Assembly (NCBI GenBank): GCA_030141605.1
Contig: JAQGDQ010000066.1
Span: 620,001 to 684,000 of the forward strand
DNA from: Tubiluchus corallicola
Taxonomy: Eukaryota > Animalia > Priapulida
DNA: 64,000 bases
Reading direction: 5' to 3'
A program made the position numbers and the translations under genes. Shown one piece after another: positions 25,495 to 37,792 of this stretch. The first letter of the stretch is position 1. Every line of letters begins with the position of its first letter. Under the pieces are notes generated by a model. The model was not told the origin of the DNA. It searched no databases and saw only the letters and a program-made list of their open reading frames with translations.

Positions 25495-27294
25495 CCGTAA
25501 ATCGAAATTTTATGACGCTTTCTCGGCCATAAAATTTTGTATAAAAAAATTACGAAACAGTTAATACAGAACATCCATAACTATGCATTTCGATGAAATC
25601 TTTGTAATCACTCTTGCAGACGTGCAGCAAGTTGGAATCATTCCTCTGAGTTTTGCACTGATACAAAGTATTCGATAAAATGTTTTAACGTGTATTCCTT
25701 TGAGCAAATTTCAAAAGAGAATCGACAATCAAACGTGCAAACGTCAGAAAGCTGCACCAGTCTCTGTTAACACCAAGAAGAATCTGTCCTAATCCTTTTG
25801 CTATCACGTGTCTCTAATTTTGGAAGTGCTTGGAAACTTTAGGCAGCCAACCTTGCAACATAGAGCAAAAAGAGTATAATTTCTGATTTCCGGTTATAGA
25901 CTGTAAGCACAAACAGCTTTTCAATAATTATTCTAACATGAAGCTGCTTAATCAAGCCAACAACAAAGGCTACTCACTACTCAGCATTCTACATCCTAAT
26001 GCACTCAAGTAGTTGATTTACTCAACAATACGAGACAAGTTGGCAATGGTGCCGAATTATAGATGCAAATTATCAAATAAATGAAAATTTTAATGTTGAA
26101 AACATCAATCACGGAAGCTTCAATCGACGTCACGTAGCAGGAAAACTCGTAGCACAATAAATCTGTATTTCGCCAAGACATCAACCACATGCAGATGCAA
26201 AACTCAGAGGAAACGGACTGAGATAGTGATGCACTTTTGAGATGCCACACAACACCCACAGTTCAGTGTTAACACGTCATGAGACGTAGAGCCACGGGAA
26301 GCCCACAGAATGACTGGGCTAAAAACAGAAACCAAGCAGGCAGCACCACAAGTATTTATCATCTGGTGATTATATGTGCGGCGAGCACAATTAAGCGAAA
26401 AAACGAAGTAGGAATGTCTGCTGTAGGGGAAAACGAACAGGGAGGAAATATGAATGAAAATTAGGCTATGCGTCAAGGATGCAAAATAAAACAGCATCCA
26501 CACTGAAGTCTCATAAACAATAACAATGCACCAGCACACTATATTCTCAGGTGAAACAACTTTTTTCTTCCAAATCACTAGTGTCAGTATGTCACGCTGA
26601 GTGATTCATACATAGATTCAAGCATGCGAACATACAGACTTGGAATCGAATAATAATCTAAAACTCTCTATACTTCTCGGCAGGTGTTTACTACTGAAGT
26701 AGCTAAATACACCTTTATAACACGATGATCATGCAGGGGAGTGTAAAGGTAGTTTACACGTACACACAAAGGCAATGTGTTCACTGTTCACTGTACCAGC
26801 AGCCCAGGTTAGTGTTGTTCAAGTAACTGCGTACTTTACATGGTCTGACAATATGGGTCTAATAAGTGATGAAGACTTGAGCTACTTGATGAAAGAACCA
26901 TAATAAGACCATAGACAGTGTAGTGTCCAGGAACATAAAACATGTTCCTTGTGTAGTCAAGGTTTTTCTCCTGTTGGTGCAATAACTACTACTCGAAGCA
27001 GAGTCTTCAGACCATGAACCAATCTTTTAATCCACTTAGTATTCAGTAAATTTCTTTTAGGAGTGAATACATTCAAAATTAGAAATTAACTCTCTCCTGT
27101 AGAGCAGAAATATTATAGTTCAACAGATTTTAAGTGTAGAAGAAATTGCTTCATTCAATGCACAGTAAAAGAAATATAAACAACGAAAGCAAGCTTAAAC
27201 TGACGGCTTTGGCGCCGGAAAGTTCAAAACTAACAAAAAATGTGAAAGCTAAATAAATGAGTGAAAGCAAATATGTACATAAAAATTTTCTCAC

Positions 27295-27322
27295 CATTGT
27301 AGCACCAGTAACAAATAGGCAT
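27295..27322 (-). CDS. shot: Candidate alternative first coding exon (MPICYWCYN|D), phase 1
   Basis: ATAATC-ATG start, ATG|gtgaga donor, 28 nt, restores D-ERDAIQ. Confidence 0.5.
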
Positions 27323-28662
27323 GATTATCCAAGTGAAACTTATATCATGCTCTTGTGTTATACAATGTTGCTAAAATAATACAATAAGAAACGATTCTGC
27401 TACAAGTCTAATACTTTCATTAGCATTTTTATTTAACACACGATTGAAAATAAGCACTTATTCGCAAGTTTAGTGATTTTATTGAGATGGTTTGTTCAAC
27501 GCTGATACACAAAATAGTGTTATAGTATTGTAAGCACAGCGACAATAAACTCACGAAATGGAGTAATACATGACTAAACATTTGAAGTTACTCAATTTAG
27601 CTATATCAAGGCTAAATTTCTTCGACAATGACTGTTATAGTTCGATTAGTTTCACCACAAATGCGGGCAAAAGAATCTAGTCAGATGATTAAACTGATAA
27701 AGCGGCAAATACCGAAAACATCTTTGTAGGTTAAACGCACCGGAATTTTTAAATATACCAAATAAATTACTAACAATGGTTGATGCCGCGTAGTAAATAA
27801 CGTCCGATTATTATACACAAAACAGGTTATCCGATGAAAATTAGCGCTGAACTATGGCCACAATCGTTTCCTGGTTGTCACATTTTCCTAATGATGACGA
27901 TAATACTACCATATTAATGCTTGCAGTGTGTGACCGCACGCCTAATCTGGTGTAGCATAAACTAACATCTAACCTCGATACTATGAGCCACGTGCCAGAC
28001 GCCGGAAAACGCAAAACACACTGCCAGTATGGAATTCTCAAAACAACCAGAATTATGAGTAGTTTGAGAGTAAGCTCCAGCTGAAGCTGTCAGCGGGTCC
28101 CATGCAAAGCCAAACCCAGCCACAACAACCATGAGTGTCATATGGCATCCAGAACAAACCTCCTGACGGATCATTACGAATACCAACATCCGCTAATACA
28201 CATACGTGGAGACAATGAATTCGTTCATGACGATTTGTCAGTAATTCTGGTAGAAAACTGGGAACAAAAACTCTTCCCAGTGGACAAACATATCTTGTTA
28301 CCCACTGACCTGACATACTAATGAAAAAGATTTAATCTATTCTATAAACACTCTGGCGAATAAGTGTTAACTGTAAGCACTCAGAAATATTGGCAGGTGA
28401 TCAGATCACCTGCATGTGACTGAGGAAGTCTGAGAGACTATATCAAACATACCATGAAAATTCTCATTCCACAGTCAGCAGCCAATAGCAGAACCGGATG
28501 ACTACAAACACGTAGTCAGAGCCGACTCATGATGTCAAAAAAGTACCACAGTATTTATACTTTTGTACAGTTATCATCATAGCCCTTTGTACATTGTGCA
28601 ACGTGAAAAACTTAAACGTTTAATCACCCTGATAGTACTGGTCGGCAGCTTTCTTCTTATTA

Positions 28663-29014
28663 GGCCCGTGTCACACAGAGGAAGGCATAAGGAGCACTCC
28701 ATAATCCGTAAGCCATACGGTCTCTTAAAATCTTCCATAAGGTATATATCATAATCCGCGGTATGCTCCTTACTCTGAATGAGGCGTTTTTTGGCATAAT
28801 CCGTTTCAGCAATGCACATAACTAGTTGCAGTATTAGTGAAATGCCATGTTTAAAAATTGAGCATTTCTGTTATGAATTCTTGACTTAAATGAATCATGC
28901 ACTGTAAGAACAAGAACTACGGTAATTACCGAATTATCGATGGCCCAAAACGCTTTATGGCAGATGAAGTTAATTGTCAAATGGCCTTAGGTCCAGCTCT
29001 GTGTGACACGGGCC
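28663..29014. mobile_element. MITE with perfect 18-bp TIRs (GGCCCGTGTCACACAGAG), PIF/Harbinger-like
   Basis: TIRs at 28663-28680 and 28997-29014, flanked by TTA on the left and TAA on the right. Confidence 0.8.
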
Positions 29015-31647
29015 TAAACTAGTCACTACAGATACTGATTTCAAATTTAGGCTAACAACCATATCAGAATATTAAATATGAATCCAACAAGTTCCTTTAT
29101 TAACGCAAATTAATTGACAATTAAAACTGCAGCTATTATGAAACCTATTAAGTGTTACAGAAACTTTACACGTAACTAATCACTTTTTATACACACCTCC
29201 AATCTCTTCCACTCTGTTGTCATACTGTTCTTCTTGATTTCCGGTGGAAATTGTCGGATACTGGCCAAAGCTTCTCTTTTTCACTCTAGACTGAGCCATC
29301 ACATACCCATGCAAGTGTAAATACCTATACATATAGATTAAATACTTCTGCACAACTGCTCATGTCTCCCAATTTTATGTTAACGTTTTGTCCAAAGCAA
29401 AGCATTCTCTTTTATCTTCTCAACAATGTTTTTCGTCCACCATCGAAGACAAATTTCAGAAAATATTGAGGCTGTTCCGTGAAATGTGTCTATAGCTTCT
29501 ATCTGTTAGACTCACACAGAAATCCAAACAAATGAACTGCTTCACCAAATAAATGCCAATTTCAAGCAGAAGAATATAGACAAAAATTGCAAAACAAGTT
29601 AGTACAGGTGACCGGGGAATGTGCTGGCGTGAACTCGTGTATTCACGATGATAGAAACATACAGTACACTGCACAAGCTAGCAATCTTTACCCGAACTTT
29701 TTCATGCAAAGTACACGTATTAACGTAACTTCACAAAAGGCGGAAACTTGTTGTACGAATAATATTATGAGTTATGTGTCGTAGTATAAGAATGTGACCG
29801 CTGCTTCAACAAGACTAGGAAATACAGCTATTGTCCGTGATGCCTTTCAAAACTCAACTGTAGTAAAAAACACCAGAAACTGTTTTTTAGTGCACATGAC
29901 CAGTTCACCAACCCGTTTATTGTTGTAAATATACGCATTGAATTTTGTGCTCCAACAGCTCCGGGGTAATCATTAACAAAATAAACTTCCGTTACTTATA
30001 ACTCGTTAATTAGGACTCAATCTCAAACGCACAGAAACGGTCAACAGCGACTTTTGGGCACAGTTTCGAGATGGTTCCGATAAGATTTGCACAAAAAAGC
30101 CCAATGAATAATTCAGAAGTTTTGCCGCTTGCCAATGCCATACATAATTGATGAGAATGGTAAGATCAACTGACATGAAAACGATCGTGGAGTTGTTTTG
30201 AGAAAGCAACAGAAACAGAAGTAGAAACATTAATGCCTAGATATGTGCGAATTCACATGTAGGTTACCTATACGTGTAAAGCAATGCAATAATCCACCGA
30301 AGAAAATCAATAAATAGCACAGAAAAAAGTTATCAACCTATCACACGACACAACTAGATACGAAAAGTTCTCAGAATTCCAGAGTATTCGGTTCAAACTA
30401 GCTGAACACTCACTTCGAGTGTGTAACGGTAAATGGCATGAAACAACAGCATAATTTACTGCAAATCAAATATGGTTGCAGCAAGTCCTACGTCAGTTTT
30501 ATTCGCTGTTCGATCTAATTCGATTAAGTAGCACTTTATTTACCAAAGTACAACTTTTTACAGCCCAAGCAGCTCTCAGCTGATCTATTGAGTGTACTCA
30601 GTTATACAGTACACGCGGTGAGTAGAAAATACATGTCGTCCAAATGAAGCGCTAAAAGGCAGTACCTAACCACTGAACAATGATAACTTTTCTTTAACGT
30701 CGTTTTTATAAAATCAGCCAAAAACAACAGACTTCGATGACGTCGTTTTTTCGATTAAAAACACGAGATGAATCATGTCAGCAGAAGTGACTACAAAAGA
30801 AAATGACTACTGTGAGCTAATACAAAGCCGAAAAACATATGGATGCCTGAAAAACGAACCAATGAGATTAATATGCGCGTCTGTGTCTGCCAGTCTATCT
30901 TTCAAACCACCTGTCGCCACGCATACGCCATTATAAAAACTCACTATAGTAGCGCAAGCTAATTGAAGAACAGCTGCTTACAATGTACTCATCCACGAAC
31001 AATTTTAGGAAGTGCCTACTGCGTACTGTACACAGCAGTAATAATTGCAGATAAAAAACTAGTTTCATGCCGATAAACTCACAGCAACCCCCAAATGCCT
31101 ACATATCACTCATTTAAAGTAACGGGTTGTGTGCAAAATTACTCAAATTAAACAAAAATGAAGGTATTGTTCCCGGCGCGACACGCCTACACGCGACAAT
31201 AGGCTTTCTATTGACATACCGGTAATTTCGTAGCAGTAAACTGAAATGTGGTGCCACACTGTTGACTTTTAGTGTGAGAGATTGCACCCAAAAAAGCCGT
31301 ACGAGTCGCGATGACTCAACTCCATTACTTAGTAGATCTAGCAGACCTGGCTCACATACCTACCTAATTAAGAGCAGCGATCACAGACCTGTATGGATGC
31401 TAGAAACAAAATTCTCTGTCCCGAAACGGATTTTGAAACGAGCGTATTGCTTAATTTCCTCAGATGAAAGTATGAAACATTGAGCCACGGATTCAAAAAA
31501 TACGCATTAATTTCTTACATAATGACAGTAAGCAGCACACATCGGCAAGGCATGACTATCACTAATCTAGTCGCTTGTCAAAGCTAGCTAGTCCTCTTAG
31601 ATACTGCACTAAAGATATCTTAGCTAGACTACGTTTGGACATGAATG

Positions 31648-31648
<1 letters not shown>

Positions 31649-31709
<61 letters not shown>
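31649..31709. repeat. (CT)n microsatellite
   Basis: Direct reading. Confidence 0.97.
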
Positions 31710-31713
<4 letters not shown>

Positions 31714-32246
31714 AGAAAACAGGTGGAAGCGTCTCAATGACAGATGAAACCAATCCAGACGCAAGGTTCACCCTCGTATACCTCTAGTTACTAATTGTGC
31801 ATTTGGAACTGCTGCACACGGGCGCCCAGGAGACAAAAATATCCAATTAAAATGTAAAACTTGGCAAAAAAAAGATATTCTCGTGCAATATTTCTCAATG
31901 ACTGAACACAATTATTATAATACAATTATAATACAATACTATATAAAAACAATAAAAGTGAGTGATTTTTCTATCAAAAAGGCCTCCTCATCTTCCTCTT
32001 CCTCCTCCTCCTCATCATGAAACACAACACCAGTATTATCGTTTTGCGAGGCCGGACAGTCGTCCATTCCTAAGGTGCGATGCTCCTTTTTAAATATTTG
32101 CAAACAAACAAATAATATTTGTGTTGTTATAAATCATTATCTAAGTTTTGTTTACATGGATGTTCAACTCATAATAACCCTTGTGCGAACTTTCAAACCA
32201 ACAAAACCAAATTACAGATGATTCATGCAGACGCATGTTTACTCAC

Positions 32247-32289
32247 CATGACGAACGGTAAGGTTCCACCTATATGTATGTGCATGCAT
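32247..32289 (-). CDS. shot: Candidate alternative first coding exon (MHAHTYRWNLTVRH|D), phase 1
   Basis: TGAAC-ATG start with an in-frame stop upstream; consensus donor ATG|gtgagt; restores D-ERDAIQ. Confidence 0.5.
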
Positions 32290-35200
32290 GTTCAACGCTT
32301 GGTCTTCATAAATACAGCTTTAAAAAATCGTCTTGAAATTTTTATCCTCTACAAATTTGCATAGTGTCTTATTGCATAATATAGGGTTTGTGTTAGCAGC
32401 AGGAACGCTGCACTAAATTTGTACATTTAAATTCTGGCGACGACCATTAAGCGCAGCCATTTTAACGATAAGTCGTTTGAAATAAGTTTAGATAACATTG
32501 CGTAAAGCTTGAAAAGTAATCAGAGCATCCGTGGTACTCTTCACAAACTAATAAAGAGTCTAAATAAGATCAATAAAGTGCTTTTTGGTGAGCGAGTGGT
32601 GCACCCTGGGATGGTTATACAGTGCTGTTTTTTCAACTGACGCAAACATTTTTAATTATTAAGAATTTTTTGCCAATAACATGCCTTTCAAACAGGTAAG
32701 CATAATGCCAAGTAATATAATTCCTTATGGAAAGTTTTTTGTGATATACGTTAAAATACTCTTTTTTTTACTTTAATGTTCAATAAACTACATTAGACTT
32801 CATTTCGCGTCACTAGTTATGCAAATGTCACACTATGTTGTGTAACTAACGCACGGTTAAGTATGTAGACGTAATTGGCCCAACATATAAACATCCACAC
32901 GGGCTTTATTAATCTACTTGTTCTCGCTGAGGTATTTGCGCAAATATAGCTATGAAGTATGTACTTTTGACATTCAAGCAACAAGGTTTCGAAATTTATT
33001 CAAGGACTGAGCAACACATGATAGTCATTGCAAAAAAACTATAGCATCGAGTGTCGGACGGTTGTATGACCGAACAAAGAAAAGCTTAACCAAGAAAGCA
33101 CCTACAAATCATCTAAACTACTTTATGCTATGATACCAAAACAATGTTTTTATGAACAGTTCCTATCTAAAATGCTGTAAATGTTGATCGAAGCATCTGA
33201 AAACTAGCTTGCATTTTGGTCTCCACTAAGCACATGCTATTCAAATGGTCGTTTTACAGCTCTACGGACCTTGCCTGGGACTGCATTTTCAGGCAACCAC
33301 GTGCCGCCCCCATGTGTAATGGTTTACAAACAAGAGCCAGTAGCAGGTTGAACCACTTCAGTGCATAAATAGCATGCCTATAATAAATGATGGTTAGGCT
33401 TTTTACAGCCCTAATGTATTTGAGGTGTGCTTCTGTATTTTCTGAATAAAAGATTCATAATAATGATGTTTAGCGCAGTCACTGATTTACAATTAGTAAT
33501 TCCAGAGTTAAAATAATCGCCATTTAAATAATTAAACACGGTGAATTTACGCAGAAATGTGAATTTTAAAATTGGGGAACTCTGTCAAGTTGACAGCAAC
33601 CGCTTCAAAAAAACGGATTTTGTAAAAAAAAGGAAACACGAACAAAAACACAACAGCAGCGCCTACGCCAATAATGTTGGAAGATCTCGGACAAAGCAAA
33701 CAGAACAGATATGATTCAAACAAGAAGTTTTGCTTATCACTATTCATAGTTCCCGAGTTTTTATTCCGTGTTTTGTGTGAAGACACTTATAATAAAGTTA
33801 CAAGTTTCTAGGAGGTAAAAATCAATATTGTTACATAATGTATGAATATTCTGAATTTTACTATAAACAGCACGGATGAAATTAAATAGCACAAGTATGA
33901 ATTTTAGACTTGAATGCTTCAGAAATTTCTTATGTTAATAGTAAAAATGAAACTTGTAAAATTCGATGTCCAATTGGTCTGTGTAATGAAAGGGCTCAGG
34001 GCGGTAGATTTAAGCAAACATTTATTTTTTAATAGGCCACTGTAAGCAGCCTTGTTTTTTATAATCTCTAATTCGAATAATTTGTATTTGCGGACATGTG
34101 ATGTTATTCTAGTTGGGTTCTGTATATGAGTTTTTAGCTGTTGTATTATTTCTATATTGTATTTTACTTGTATTGATGAAATTACGTTTTAAATGTATAA
34201 ATAATTACTCTGAAAAACTCGTGCTTGTTCTAAGACTTAGCAGCTATGCTCTAATTAGGCGTCAAATGCAAACTACATGGACGACGCAATAAATCGGAAA
34301 GGAAGTGGGAGTTCGGTTGTTATGTGGGAGGCGGGTGAGAAAGAAGGGAAGTTCAGCACTTGGCTAGGTTAACATCTCAATTATCATCATACCAAAATGA
34401 CACTAGTGACTAGACTGACAAGTGATACAGGTCACTCACCGCCAAACTTTATATTATGTAGGATTCACACACAGGACATTTAGTGGTGCTTGAACATGTA
34501 TAGACAGCCGTGATGGAACTTTTGCAAAGGCAGGTCCTAAGTGTGCCAAATATTCAGCAGACACCAGAGCACGCGTCTAGACTCTAGCGGTTATGATAGC
34601 GTTATAATTTTACAATTAGATAAAACCAGAATTGCATATAACGTGTTTAATCATTGCAAGATTATTACTCCCAGTTTAATGTTAGTCATTACTCATTACT
34701 GAAAACACAATCACATGATTGTTGTGTTTAATATAACGGTCTACACTCAAAACGAGTCTATGGTCTTAACTCATAATTGACTATTAGTAAAATATTGGTA
34801 AATCGTTACAATGCACAGCTTCGAAATGAAGAATTTGAAATAAAAAAAAACATTTGCCACATTCTAGTCATTTAATAAATTCTAATCATGACGCTGAAAT
34901 GCCACGTAGCGGCTGTGATACAGCAGCTGTTACTGAATTTTCAGTGAATGATTCACACTAAAAATTCAACCACGCCGTGCATGGCTGCATTGTGGAGTTT
35001 GAAAATGCCAGCCAGTGAGAGTAATAACAAATTACATGACAAACGAGGTCTGACACTTTGTGAAAAAAGGCGGGTAAATTTTTCATGTACCACAGAATCA
35101 TTCAGTAATTACGGTTTAAAGTAAAACATAATGTTAGAAGATTAAATTTGTGTTTTGACAATCAGCAGTTCGCAATGAATGCTATGAGTCATGCCCAACA

Positions 35201-35342
35201 GAGCTTGGAGAAATCCCTATAATCCATAGAACCATCTCATTAAAATAAATCCCGACAGTAATGACTATCATCTAAAAATACACTACACAGTTTACACTGT
35301 GGAAAAAGCTGAATAAGTAACTAAACTAACAAGCTCAATTAT

Positions 35343-35434
35343 ATTGTATTGTATTACGTTACGTTACATTTCAGTACATTAAGTTACGTTACGTTACATT
35401 ACATTACAATACATTACATTATTACATTACATTA
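35343..35434. repeat. Pentanucleotide repeat (TTACA/TTACG)n
   Basis: Direct reading. Confidence 0.9.
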
Positions 35435-36279
35435 TAAAGCCAATCAACAATGGTAGAAAGTAGAAACGCAATCTAGATGCCTTGGGAAGTAAGGTATGAA
35501 GAGTAAAAAATCTTTAGGTCTTAAAGATGTTTTTCTACATCGTTTTACCGCTTTAGATTGTGTTGTCATTCACATATTTATACCATATTAGTACGTTCGA
35601 CAAAACATTTATTGGCTATTATAATACGTTGTACTCGTTAAAATTAAAACGATAATAAACTTGAAATGCATAAAATACATTACCAAACAAATACAAAAAA
35701 CGTTATACTGAGTTTACAGTACAAAATAAACAATTGAACAAATTCATAATGCAATAAACGTGCAAAATGACTGAATAAAGCTCCAGCGCATAGTACACAC
35801 AACTAAATTTAGCATTGAATATATATCTGGAGACTACATGCAACAGATTACTTTCAGCTACGTGAACAGACCGTATATAGATCGTGTAATCTAAGTCATT
35901 GAAAACTATTTTGAACAAGCACACGTTTCACTTTATTGACGTCCGGGCTGACGTCACGATATGGTGTCACAGAAACGTCAGAAGAAGACTTGCATCTTGT
36001 TAATTTGCAAAACTATTATTGCCAGTGGCTAAGACGTTTACACATATCACGCAGATGTTTGAAACAACCTAAAATGGTTAAAAGGCCTAATACACCACAA
36101 ACACTTTGTGGGAAAATTCGCATAAAAATAAATAACTACAGTGTATCAAAAATCTACGACAAACGTCGTGGCATTGCTCATTTAAATAGACTGAACCCAG
36201 TGAATTGTACAATGTAGCTCACAGTTAATTTTATAAAATTAGATAAATAAAAGTGAAAAACCAGCAATATGGTATGTTT

Positions 36280-36382
36280 AGGCAGACGAGTGATTACGGA
36301 GCCAGAAACTAACCTTTAGTTAATCGGAAACAGGCAGACGAATGATTACAGAGCCAGAAATTAAACTTTAGTTAATTGGAAT
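36280..36382. repeat. Tandem duplication, 52-bp unit, two slightly diverged copies
   Basis: aggcagacga-tgattac-gagccagaaa-taa-ctttagttaat-ggaa occurs twice. Confidence 0.85.
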
Positions 36383-37685
36383 CGGCCCGAGATCATAGAA
36401 ATTAGCATTGCAAATGAACTCACTAACACGCGCTGCTACCACCAGTGTTATGTATTTCTGGCATGCAACCCGCACGCAAAGAAAGGGAAATTTCTCTTAG
36501 CTGTCTACATAGTCGTTATTTGCATAAAATCGCCTAACCAATTATCTGTAACTGGTGCATATCTAATAATGCTACTACACAAGGATCTGCATAATTAAGC
36601 TTAGATTACACTTTATACCGATAAGGATTATTTATGATTTGACGATACATAATGAGTCACAGTTCAGATTAAGCTGTATAATGTGTTTGTGAGATTATAT
36701 GATATTCTACATGCTTATTAAACGCAGGCGATCGTTACGATACTCATTTTTTGGATTTATTCGCTTGCGAAGTAACTCCATAAAGAGATTTGTTTCGCCG
36801 TGATGCCGTTCTATTTGTTCCTGAAACAAATTTTTATCAGTTTTTTAATCTTGTAACGTCACATTCCGCTAGTTATTCCGAGTTATTCCGCATTTTAAAT
36901 TTTTGCAAAAAAGCGGATCCATGACAGTAGTAAATGGCATATCCAGGCATTTGGACGGAAAAAACTCAATAAGCGAGTAACCCGGTGCTACACATTCCGG
37001 ACTAGTTGTTTATGGCCTTGTGCCGCCAGATGGAAACTAAACTGGTTAACTGGCCAGTCTCTGTGCATTAATTCTGAAAATTCTTAAAGATTAAAAGCAT
37101 ATTCTTTTGTCTCTATAGCCTTCTTGACAGAACAGGCATAGATAGATTTACATCTCACAATAATTCCTTATTTTCCCAAGGTGTCTGATAAAAAAAAAAC
37201 ACTGGAGGTTGACATTTTTGCTGGAGATTTTGTTGAGCTTAACGTCACGTGAAAAAACTCAAGCGCACTACGAACACAAAAACAAACATATTAATGTCAG
37301 AACGTGTATAGAAAAATGTTTACACGTCGGGAAAAACACCAGAAACTCAGCATTCCTCCACCTTAATAAGTTCACCATTAGACGGAATTGACGACTCAAG
37401 TGGGTAAAAATAATAACTGCTAAAGCTTTCCTATGTTATAACAGAAGACAAGAACCTTCGCACAGTGCATAACTACTGATGGACACAGTTTTTTATTAAT
37501 ACTGAATAGAGTAACGAAGACACCATAGCAGCAGAAACATCCCAAATTAAAACTTCTAGTGTAGGTGTAAACAGTACGCATGAAAATGCATTAAATATGT
37601 ACAGTTTGTTAGTATTTTTAATGAGAAAAAAAATTATGTGAATTTTCTCAATGTAAACAAGCGTTTTCTCTCGTCGAGTGTACTT

Positions 37686-37792
37686 AAAAATGTTTACACA
37701 CGTGAAAAAGCGTTAAACACTTAGCATACGTCCACCGTAAAAATGTTTACACACGTGAAAAAGCGTTAAACACTTAGCATACGTCCACCGTA
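37686..37792. repeat. Perfect tandem duplication, 53-bp unit, two copies
   Basis: aaaaatgtttacacacgtgaaaaagcgttaaacacttagcatacgtccaccgt occurs twice; a diverged relative lies near 37311-37365. Confidence 0.9.

Noticed and set aside
25120-25990. Very short ATG-to-donor phase-1 matches (MHGYF near 25121, MLS near 25978)
   Set aside because: Too short or weak in context to distinguish from chance.
27841-28316. Three overlapping minus-strand ORFs in a slightly GC-richer patch
   Set aside because: No recognisable motif, and only a weak phase-1 donor (GAT|gttagt). Could still be an exon but is not supportable.
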